This document shows, in pieces, positions 9,872 to 17,689 of a DNA stretch of 64,000 nucleotides. The notes beneath the pieces are model-generated. The model was not told the origin of the DNA, searched no databases, and worked only from the letters and a program-made list of their open reading frames with translations. The stretch comes from Burkholderiales bacterium. GTDB lineage: Bacteria; Pseudomonadota; Gammaproteobacteria; Burkholderiales; SG8-41. Numbering within the stretch: position 1 is the first letter of the stretch; each line of letters begins with the position of its first letter. The translations under genes and the position numbers were made by a program. The stretch lies in contig JAUXYA010000024.1 in assembly GCA_030684405.1 (NCBI GenBank), positions 82,657 to 146,656 of the forward strand, written 5' to 3'.

Positions 9872-10709
9872 AGCCGTAGCCTTCGAGCAGGTGTAGCGTC
9901 GACGCAAGGCGCTCGCGGACAAAAGCCTGACGCACCGGGTTGCGCAGGGCCATCCGCCGCCAGTGCTCGCCATGCGGCAGCCCCGACAGCCCGTAGAACT
10001 GCGCCGGCGGCGCATAAAACACCCGCGCGTACTGGCGAACCAGCAAGCGCAGCAACGGACTGAGCAGGGCCGGCAGTGCACGCGGCAATGGCTGCAGGGC
10101 CGCCTCGAGTTGGGCGCGCGCCGCTGCAATATGGCGCGCCTCGTCGATGCAATGCACGGTGCAGATGTCGCGCACTGCCGGATTGATGCCGTCGAGCGCG
10201 CGCAGATGGCGATTGAACTTGTCCGGGACATCCTCGGCGACCACCGTTGCAGCCCAGAACAAAACGCCGCCGGCCGGCGCCCGCCGCGCCAGCCAATCGG
10301 CGAGCGCCGGCGGCCGCCATGCCTCAGCGGGAACAGCCAGTCCGGCAGCTCCGATCGCGCGCAGAAACATCAGACTGTGGCCGGACTCCTCGCGCATCTC
10401 GTGCAGGAAATACTCATACTCCTCGCGCGGCAACACTGCCGTCAGCCGCCGCGTCAGGCGTTGCATGAACACGCGCTCCAGCCACAGACCGGCATGCATC
10501 ACATTGATGAATTCGTACTGGGAGAGCCGCCGCCGCACATCCAGGGCCAGGTCCTCATACGCGGCAAGGCCGTACAGCGACAGTGCCGTCTCAGGCAGCC
10601 AGAAGGCGTCCCGGTCGAGCCGCGCCCAGTCGACCGCCGCCAGCGGGTCGCGGTAACGCTGGCTGTTTTCCGACAGCTGGCGCAGCAGCGCGTGATCGGC
10701 GTTTTGCAT
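9858..10709 (-). CDS. Di-iron oxygenase family protein (AurF-like)
   Basis: 283 aa with two ExxH motifs (EESGH and DEARH) in a helical context resembling the AurF-type family. Confidence 0.65.
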   Translation of the reverse strand: MQNADHALLRQLSENSQRYRDPLAAVDWARLDRDAFWLPETALSLYGLAAYEDLALDVRRRLSQYEFINVMHAGLWLERVFMQRLTRRLTAVLPREEYEYFLHEMREESGHSLMFLRAIGAAGLAVPAEAWRPPALADWLARRAPAGGVLFWAATVVAEDVPDKFNRHLRALDGINPAVRDICTVHCIDEARHIAAARAQLEAALQPLPRALPALLSPLLRLLVRQYARVFYAPPAQFYGLSGLPHGEHWRRMALRNPVRQAFVRERLASTLHLLEGYGFRLH

Positions 10710-10796
10710 GTAACGATTATAAGACCGCCACCGCAGTCGCGGTGTGCCCTGCCGGCGATGTTTACCACCGGGTGAGTTTCGGCTAAGTTACGCCGC

Positions 10797-11519
10797 ATGT
10801 CAGCGCTCGCATTGCACATCAACCGCCTGTGCAAATCCTATGGCAAGGCCGTCGCGCTGGCCGAGGTGTCGCTCGACATCGCCGCTGGCGAATTCTTCGG
10901 ACTGGTCGGCGCCAACGGCGCTGGCAAGACCACGCTGGTCAAGTGCGCCCTCGATTTCTGCGACATCCAGTCCGGCAGCATCAGCATCTTCGGAACCCCG
11001 CACCAGGATACCGTAGCGCGCAGCCGGATCGCCTTCCTGCCCGAACGTTTCATGCCGCCTCATTACCTGAGCGGCCGCGACTTCCTGCGTTACCTCGCCG
11101 AACTGCACCAGCAGCGTTACGAGGAGACGCGCGCGCGCGCGATGCTGGAGTCACTGGAGCTTGATGCTGCGGCGCTCGACAAGCCGGCACGCGCCTACTC
11201 GAAAGGAATGACCCAGAAGCTCGGTCTCGCCGCCTGCCTGCTCTCGGCCAAGGACCTGCTGATCCTCGATGAGCCCACCAGCGGCCTTGACCCCAAGGCA
11301 CGGGCCCTGCTCAAGCGGGAATTACGCCGCCAGCATGAATCGGGCAAAACCGTAGTGATGACCACGCATGCCCTGCACGATGTCGGCGAGATGTGCGGAC
11401 GCATGGCGGTCGTCGACCGCGGCCGCCTGCTGTTTGCAGGCACCCCGGCGGAATTTGTGCGCCACCATGACGCCGCTGATCTTGAGCAAGCCTACCTCGC
11501 TTGCGTCGCCGCACACTGA
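10797..11519 (+). CDS. ABC transporter ATP-binding protein (ABC-2 / NosF-CcmA type), with no adjacent permease
   Basis: It has Walker A GANGAGKTT, signature YSKGMTQKLGLA and Walker B LILDEPTSGLD. Confidence 0.9.
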   Translation: MSALALHINRLCKSYGKAVALAEVSLDIAAGEFFGLVGANGAGKTTLVKCALDFCDIQSGSISIFGTPHQDTVARSRIAFLPERFMPPHYLSGRDFLRYLAELHQQRYEETRARAMLESLELDAAALDKPARAYSKGMTQKLGLAACLLSAKDLLILDEPTSGLDPKARALLKRELRRQHESGKTVVMTTHALHDVGEMCGRMAVVDRGRLLFAGTPAEFVRHHDAADLEQAYLACVAAH

Positions 11520-11595
11520 ACACTCACACCGGCGGTCGTATCGCGACCATGGCCAATCTGGCACAATGCACTGCAATGCCCAATCGTTTCAGTCA

Positions 11596-11621
11596 CTTAG
11601 AGCGCCTAACATAATGATGCG
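11596..11621 (+). promoter_or_regulatory. 26-nt box, left copy (cttagagcgcctaacataatgatgcg), 23 nt upstream of the regulator ATG
   Basis: 23 of 26 positions match the reverse complement of 26971-26996, which lies upstream of the histidine kinase gene. Confidence 0.6.
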
Positions 11622-11644
11622 TCCGCGCTAACGCGACCAGCGCC

Positions 11645-13078
11645 ATGGCCAATCCGGCAAAACCCGAACTGCTGATCGTCGACGACGATCCCGCGATCAC
11701 CGACACGCTGGCCTACGTGCTGGGCGGCGACTTCGACGTGCGCACCGCGGAATCGCGGCCTCATGCCAAAGCCCTGCTGCGGCAAATGGATGCGCCGCCG
11801 CAGCTTGCCCTGATTGACCTCGGCCTGCCGCCACGCCCGCACCGTCCCGACGAAGGCTTCCAGCTGATCGCCGAACTGATCGCGGCCTCGCCGGAGATGA
11901 AGATCATCGTGCTCTCCGGTCAGAACGACGAAGCCAACGCCCGCCATGCGCGCACGCTGGGCGCCATCGACTTTGTCGCCAAGCCGGCCGATCCGGCGCA
12001 ATTGAAAGCCCTGCTGCTGCAGGCGCTGAGTGTCGCCGCCGCGGAGACCGGCGTTCCCGCCTCCGGCCTGCTCGGCAACAGCCCGCCGATGCAGAAACTG
12101 CGCGAGCAGATCGCGCAGTTCTCCGACGCGCCTTTCCCGGTGCTGATCGAAGGCGAATCCGGCAGCGGCAAAGAGCTGGTCGCGCAGGCGCTGCACCGGC
12201 AGAGCCGGCGCGCGGGCAAACCTTTCCTCGCGCTGAACTGTGCGGCGATTTCGCCGACCCTGGTCGAGCCCACGTTGTTCGGCTACACCAAAGGCGCGTT
12301 CACCGGAGCCGTCACCGCGCGCGCCGGTTATTTCGAAGATGCCGTCGACTCGACGCTGTTCCTCGACGAAGTCGGCGAACTGCCGCTGGAACTGCAGGCC
12401 AAGCTTCTGCGGGTGCTCGAGAACGGCGAATTCCAGCGTGTCGGCGAAACTCAGAGCCGGGTATCCAACGCCCGCGTCGTCGCCGCAACCAACCGCGACC
12501 TGCGCAACGAGATCCGCCACGGCCGCTTCCGCGCCGACCTCTATCACCGGCTGTCGGTGTTCACCATTGGCATGCCCTCGCTGCGCGACCTCAACGACGA
12601 CAAGCTGCTGCTGCTCGACCATTTCCGCCAGTTCTATGCCGGCCAGATAGGCGCCCAGCCGGTGGAACTCGACAACGACGCGCTGCGGCTGTGGCGCGAC
12701 TACACCTTTCCCGGCAATGTCCGCGAACTGCGCAACATCGTGATTCGCCTGTGCACCAAGTACGCCGGCACCCGCATCACGCCGGCCCTGCTGCAGATCG
12801 AACTCGACCGTGACAGCCTCGCGCCGGCCGGCGCCGGCATGCCCGCACTCGTGGACGAAAGCGTGCTGCTCGACTCGGCGCGCCGCCAGCTCGAAGCGGA
12901 CCCCGATTTCCGCCTCGACGACGTGCTCAAGCGCTGGGAACGTGCATTCATCGAAGCTGCACTGGCCCTGACCAACGGCAACCTGTCGCAGGCTGCGAAA
13001 CGGCTGGGCGTGCACCGCACGACGCTCTACAGCCGCATGCAGACCCGTGAGGGAGCGGGCGCGGACGAGGACAAATAA
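11645..13078 (+). CDS. Sigma-54-dependent response regulator (REC + AAA+ + Fis-type HTH), PrsR-like
   Basis: It has a REC domain (LLIVDDDP, DLGLPP), an AAA+ domain with GESGSGKE and the GAFTGA loop, and a C-terminal HTH (NLSQAAKRLGVHRTTLYSR). Confidence 0.92.
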   Translation: MANPAKPELLIVDDDPAITDTLAYVLGGDFDVRTAESRPHAKALLRQMDAPPQLALIDLGLPPRPHRPDEGFQLIAELIAASPEMKIIVLSGQNDEANARHARTLGAIDFVAKPADPAQLKALLLQALSVAAAETGVPASGLLGNSPPMQKLREQIAQFSDAPFPVLIEGESGSGKELVAQALHRQSRRAGKPFLALNCAAISPTLVEPTLFGYTKGAFTGAVTARAGYFEDAVDSTLFLDEVGELPLELQAKLLRVLENGEFQRVGETQSRVSNARVVAATNRDLRNEIRHGRFRADLYHRLSVFTIGMPSLRDLNDDKLLLLDHFRQFYAGQIGAQPVELDNDALRLWRDYTFPGNVRELRNIVIRLCTKYAGTRITPALLQIELDRDSLAPAGAGMPALVDESVLLDSARRQLEADPDFRLDDVLKRWERAFIEAALALTNGNLSQAAKRLGVHRTTLYSRMQTREGAGADEDK

Positions 13079-13081
13079 GCG

Positions 13082-14554
13082 ATGTACTACGAACACTTCG
13101 GTCTTAGTCAGGCGCCGTTCAAGATCACCCCGAACACCGATTTCTTTTTTGGCGGCGGCAATCGCGGCCCGATCCTTGAGGCACTGATCTACGCCATCAC
13201 CCAGGGAGAGGGCATCGTCAAGGTCACCGGCGAAGTTGGCAGCGGAAAAACGATGCTCTGCAGCATGCTGCAGGCACGGCTGACCGAGCACGTGGAAACG
13301 ATCTACCTCGCGAATCCCAGCGTCTCGCCGGAAGAAATCCTCCACGCCATCGCCTTCGAACTGCAACTCGACGTGCCGCGGGATGCGACCCGGCTGGCGG
13401 TGATGCACGCGATCCAGGAACACCTGCTGAAACGCCATGCCGAAGGCAAGCGCGTGGTGCTGTTCGTCGAGGAATCACAGGGCATGCCTATTGCCACGCT
13501 CGAAGAAATCCGCCTGCTGTCGAACCTTGAGACCAAGTCCGACAAGCTGCTGCAGATCGTGCTCTTCGGCCAGCCCGAACTCGATGACAACTTGCGCGAG
13601 AACAACATTCGCCAATTGAAGGAGCGCATCACCCACAGCTTCCGGCTGGAGCCTCTGACTACGGCAGAAACCCGCGAATACCTGATGTTCCGCCTGCGTG
13701 CCGCCGGCTACCGCGGCCCGGATCTGTTCAGCGACGGCATCGTGCGCGAAATTGCGCGCATCTCCGGCGGCCTGACCCGGCGCATCAACCTGATCACCGA
13801 CAAGGCGCTGCTCGCGGCCTTTTCCGAGAACACCCACAGCATTCGCCAGAAGCATATTGATGCCGCGGTCCGCGACAGTGAATTCGCCCGGATCGAGCGC
13901 TCCGCAGCGACGGGGCCACGTTGGGCCTGGGGCGCACTGCTGGTGCTTGCCGGGATGGCGGCTGGCGCTGCCATTTTTGCGCTGCTCGACAGCAGGCACG
14001 CGACGGCGCCAGCTGTCACCGGTCCGCCCGCCACCTCCGCCACGCCACAGACCCCGCCTGCCGTGAGCCCGACGCAAGCTCAGGCAGCCCCCGAAGAGAA
14101 ACAAATAAATGATTTAAAAACAAATACTTATAAAGAGGAGGCGGCGGCGCCTGCTAACCCCGCAACGGCCACGGTAGAAGCGGTGCAGCCTGCAGCCGAA
14201 GCCCCTCGCGCGACGGGCAGCCTGCTGGAGGCACGGCTGGCGGCGACAGAAGCCTGGCTGGACAGCGCAAACCCCAAAACCCACACCATCCAGCTGATGG
14301 GTTCGAGCGACGACCAACAGCTTAACAATCACCTCAGAATTCTCTCTAATCTCGTTGAAATTAATAGTCTTTTTGTGTATCGTACTGTTGCAAAAGGTGC
14401 GCCGGCACTGAACGTGGTCTGGGGCAGTTTCGACAGCCCCGGCGAAGCCAGGGAAGCAATGGCAAAATTACCGCCGTCGCTAAAGGCTTATCGGCCGTTG
14501 CTGCGCACCGTGCAGGGGATCAAGGCTGAAGTCCGGGAACGGAAGGCGCCATGA
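13082..14554 (+). CDS. ExeA/MshM-like AAA ATPase with a C-terminal SPOR-like domain
   Basis: The N-terminus MYYEHFGLSQAPF and Walker A GEVGSGKT indicate an ExeA-type core. A TM segment and a Pro/Ala-rich linker follow. The C-terminus HTIQLMGSSDDQQL...VVWGSFDSPGEAREAMAKLP resembles DamX-type SPOR domains. Confidence 0.82.
   Translation: MYYEHFGLSQAPFKITPNTDFFFGGGNRGPILEALIYAITQGEGIVKVTGEVGSGKTMLCSMLQARLTEHVETIYLANPSVSPEEILHAIAFELQLDVPRDATRLAVMHAIQEHLLKRHAEGKRVVLFVEESQGMPIATLEEIRLLSNLETKSDKLLQIVLFGQPELDDNLRENNIRQLKERITHSFRLEPLTTAETREYLMFRLRAAGYRGPDLFSDGIVREIARISGGLTRRINLITDKALLAAFSENTHSIRQKHIDAAVRDSEFARIERSAATGPRWAWGALLVLAGMAAGAAIFALLDSRHATAPAVTGPPATSATPQTPPAVSPTQAQAAPEEKQINDLKTNTYKEEAAAPANPATATVEAVQPAAEAPRATGSLLEARLAATEAWLDSANPKTHTIQLMGSSDDQQLNNHLRILSNLVEINSLFVYRTVAKGAPALNVVWGSFDSPGEAREAMAKLPPSLKAYRPLLRTVQGIKAEVRERKAP
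14109..14131 (+). repeat. AT-rich 23-nt motif, copy 3 (atgatttAAAAACAAatacttat)
   Basis: Lies inside the linker of the ExeA-like gene, where it encodes QINDLKTNTYK using the codons ATA, TTA, ACA and ACT. Confidence 0.75.
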
Positions 14555-16437
14555 GGCGAACTTCGGAATCCGCGGGACAAGCTCAACAGAAAACACCCGG
14601 ATACAAGGGGAAAATGATCAACATGTCCGCGCGGTGGCCCGACAGAAGGTCCACAACCTTGCCTTTCCTGGCCGCCAGCCTGATTGCACTCGGCGGATGT
14701 GCGCAATTCCGCCCCAGCTTGCCCCAGTCCGAAGGACATATTGCCGCCCCGGCAGTGAAACCCCAGGCCACCGCAGACATCCCGCCCCCCGCCAGAGTAT
14801 CGACGCTGGTACCCCCGCCGGTACCGCAGGTGAAACCGCAGACCTACAGCGTGGTGGTGCACGAAGTGCCGGTGAAAGAATTGCTGATCGCACTGGCACG
14901 GGACACCAGGCAGAACATCGACATTCATCCTCTGCTCTCCGGTGTGGTCAGCCTGAACGCAATCAACGAGACGCTCCCGGCTATCCTCGAACGTATTTCG
15001 CGCCAGGTGGACATGCGTTACGAGACAAAGGGCAACACCTTGATCGTGTCTCCAGACACGCCCTTCATCAGGACCTACGTCGTCAACTACGTCAACATAC
15101 AGCGCAACACCACCTCGATCACCGGAGCCTCGGGGCAACTGGCAACCACCGGTCAGCAAGGTGGCCAGGGTGGCGGTAGCCAAGGCGCCGGCAATACCTC
15201 GAGCACCACGGTAACCACGACGTCGACTTCGGATTTCTGGAAACTGCTGGAACAGTCGGCGCGATCGATCCTGAATTCGTCGATGAAGCAGAGCCAGTCG
15301 GTTCAGGCGCGGCAGGACCGTCTTGAGCTGATCAAACAGGAACAGGAACTGCGCACCAAGCAGATCGAGGCTGCGAGCAAGGCCGGCCAGTCGGCGCCCG
15401 CTCTGGCAAGCTCCATGGCCGGCCTCGCCGGATCACAGGCAATTACGGCCTCGCTGCTGCCGGACGATGTCATTGTCAACCCGGTCGCCGGCACCATCAC
15501 CATCAACGGCACGGAAAAGCAGCACCTGCTGATCAGCGACTACCTGACCAAGGTAGAGCGTGGCGCCCAGCGCCAGGTGCTGATCGAAGCGACCATCGTC
15601 GAAGTCAACCTCTCTGACAACTATCAGGGCGGCATCGACTGGAGCCGCCTGCCGGTCAGCGGCGGACTCTCCTTTAGCCAGCAACTGCTGCGAGGGTTCG
15701 GCACCGGCCTCTCCCAGCTCGGCGCGAATTCCTTTCAGCTCGGATATACCAATCCGAACTCCGACGTCGGCAACTTCAACGCCACCATCAAGCTGTTGCA
15801 GGAGTTCGGCAACACCCGCGTGCTGTCCAGCCCGAAACTGATGGTGCTCAACAACCAGACGGCACTGCTCAAGGCAGTGGACAACCTGGTCTATTTCGAA
15901 ATCCAGGCACAGTCCAACACCACCCAGGGCGTGGCCTCGACGACCTTTAATTCCACGGCCAAGACCGTGGCTCTGGGGGTGGTGATGGGTGTCACTCCCC
16001 AGATCAACGACGACGGACGCGTGCTGCTCACCGTGAGGCCGACGATCTCGCGCTTCCTGCGCTTCCGCAATGATCCCAACCCCAGTCTTTGCGACGCCAA
16101 CCGCATGAACTGCGTGGCCAATCCGGTTCCGGAAATCCAGGTGCGTGAAATGGAGTCGGTGTTGCAGATCGGCAACGGCCAGACGGTGATTCTCGGCGGA
16201 CTGATGCAGGACAACGTGCAACGCAACCGGGAACAGCTGCCGGGCGCCGACAGAATCGGTGAACTCGGTGAACTGTTCCGCTTCCGCGACGAGCGTGTCA
16301 GCAAAAGCGAACTGGTCATTTTCCTGCGCCCCACCGTGGTACCCAACCCCTCGCTGGACAGCGACGAATTGAAATTTTTCCGGCGCTTCCTGCCGCAAGT
16401 CGAGTCTGCCGCGCCTGCCCCCAAGCCCACCCCATGA
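14551..16437 (+). CDS. Secretin (MshL/PilQ/GspD family), probably a lipoprotein
   Basis: It has the lipobox LIALGGC and a secretin C-domain (NTRVLSSPKLMVLNNQTALLKAV, ELVIFLRPTVV). Its start overlaps the upstream stop (ATGA). Confidence 0.9.
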   Translation: MRRTSESAGQAQQKTPGYKGKMINMSARWPDRRSTTLPFLAASLIALGGCAQFRPSLPQSEGHIAAPAVKPQATADIPPPARVSTLVPPPVPQVKPQTYSVVVHEVPVKELLIALARDTRQNIDIHPLLSGVVSLNAINETLPAILERISRQVDMRYETKGNTLIVSPDTPFIRTYVVNYVNIQRNTTSITGASGQLATTGQQGGQGGGSQGAGNTSSTTVTTTSTSDFWKLLEQSARSILNSSMKQSQSVQARQDRLELIKQEQELRTKQIEAASKAGQSAPALASSMAGLAGSQAITASLLPDDVIVNPVAGTITINGTEKQHLLISDYLTKVERGAQRQVLIEATIVEVNLSDNYQGGIDWSRLPVSGGLSFSQQLLRGFGTGLSQLGANSFQLGYTNPNSDVGNFNATIKLLQEFGNTRVLSSPKLMVLNNQTALLKAVDNLVYFEIQAQSNTTQGVASTTFNSTAKTVALGVVMGVTPQINDDGRVLLTVRPTISRFLRFRNDPNPSLCDANRMNCVANPVPEIQVREMESVLQIGNGQTVILGGLMQDNVQRNREQLPGADRIGELGELFRFRDERVSKSELVIFLRPTVVPNPSLDSDELKFFRRFLPQVESAAPAPKPTP

Positions 16438-17669
16438 GTTTGCTGATGAAGGCCTTGGAAAAGGCCGCCAAGGACAGGGGCGAAGCACAGCCGCAGGCAC
16501 AGGCACAGCCCGCGGAAAAATCTGCCACGCAGCCGGCGACCGCACCCAAAACGCCACCGCGGGAACTGACACTGGAGCCGCTGCAGGCCGACACCCCGGT
16601 GCCGCCGTCAGAAGAGCCGACGAAGCCGCCCCCCAAGTCTGTCGTCCAGACTCGTGCCGAGCGCAATCAGGCGCGCGCCGCCACTGTCATGCAGGCCACT
16701 GCACGGCCTGCCGCCGCAGCTACGCCGGTCAACCGCTTCCATCTCAGTCCGGTGATGGCCCTCGGGCTCGTCGCCGGACTCATCGCCCTCGGCTTCGCGA
16801 TCTATGTTTACCTGCAGATCACCAATCCGGGGCTGTTCATTCGCAAGCCGCCAGCTGCCCCGCAGCCGGCTCCGCTGTCCGGGCTGCCGCAACCCGCGCC
16901 CAGCGTCCAGGCCCCGATCGCAATCGGCACCGTGGTCGCGCCGGCATCACCAGCCGATGCCGCTGCAGCCACTCCCCGCGTCCAGACCGAAGCGCCGCCG
17001 CGTCAGCCGATACCGGCCGCGCCAGTGGCCGCACCGACACGACCCGCCGGGCCGCCGACCGACCGTATCCAGATCAGCAGTGGCTCCGCAGAACCGCAAG
17101 TCGACAATCGCCTGGTTCAGGCCTATACCGCGCTGCAGTCGGGCAAGACCGACGCCGCCCGCCAGTTCTACGGCGACGTCAGCCGTAGCGACCCGCGCAA
17201 CATCAATGCCTTGCTCGGACTGGCCGCCATCGCACAGCAGGAAGGCCGGACCGACGAAGCCAGCCGCCTCTACATGAACGTACTCGATCTTGAGCCGCGC
17301 AACGCCTATGCACAGACCGGGCTGATCGGCATGATGGGGCGCGCCGATCCGCTGGCCTCTGAATCCCGGCTCAAGCAGTTGATTGCACGCAATGCCTCGG
17401 CCCCCCTTTATTTCACGCTGGGCAATCTCTACGGCGATCAGGCGCGCTGGGCCGAAGCCCAGCAGGCGTATTTCCAGGCTCACCAGTTAGAAGTCGGCAA
17501 CCCGGATTACACCTACAATCTCGCCGTGAGCCTTGAACACATCGGGCAGCCGAGGCTGGCTGTCAATTTCTACCGGCAGGCCGTCGACCAGGCTCAGGCC
17601 CGGGGACGCGCCGGATTCAACCTGGCACAGGCCCAGGATCGCATCCGCCAACTTGCCGCGCAGCAATAA
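16434..17669 (+). CDS. TPR-repeat pilus biogenesis protein (MshN-like) with a Pro/Ala-rich N-terminal half and one TM segment
   Basis: TPR-like repeats occupy the C-terminal half (ALQSGKTDAARQFY..., NALLGLAAIAQQEG...). Its start overlaps the upstream stop (ATGA). Confidence 0.7.
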   Translation: MSLLMKALEKAAKDRGEAQPQAQAQPAEKSATQPATAPKTPPRELTLEPLQADTPVPPSEEPTKPPPKSVVQTRAERNQARAATVMQATARPAAAATPVNRFHLSPVMALGLVAGLIALGFAIYVYLQITNPGLFIRKPPAAPQPAPLSGLPQPAPSVQAPIAIGTVVAPASPADAAAATPRVQTEAPPRQPIPAAPVAAPTRPAGPPTDRIQISSGSAEPQVDNRLVQAYTALQSGKTDAARQFYGDVSRSDPRNINALLGLAAIAQQEGRTDEASRLYMNVLDLEPRNAYAQTGLIGMMGRADPLASESRLKQLIARNASAPLYFTLGNLYGDQARWAEAQQAYFQAHQLEVGNPDYTYNLAVSLEHIGQPRLAVNFYRQAVDQAQARGRAGFNLAQAQDRIRQLAAQQ

Positions 17670-17689
17670 ACGGCTTCGGGGCTGCCACG

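Noticed and set aside
11559-11575. A sigma-54-like TGGCAC...TGCA upstream of the response regulator.
   Set aside because: The GG-to-GC spacing is one nucleotide too long (N11 instead of N10), and the -12 element is cTGCA rather than TTGCA. Sigma-54 promoters tolerate spacing changes poorly.
11606-13438. A 610-aa ORF on the minus strand. Similar long ORFs opposite real genes occur at 15433-16572, 19831-21333, 40057-41046, 47028-48656, 32613-33725 and 35873-36895.
   Set aside because: These are antisense shadows of clearly recognisable genes in GC-rich DNA. Their translations are Arg/Ala/Gly/His-rich low-complexity sequence with no motifs, while the opposite strand carries complete conserved domains.
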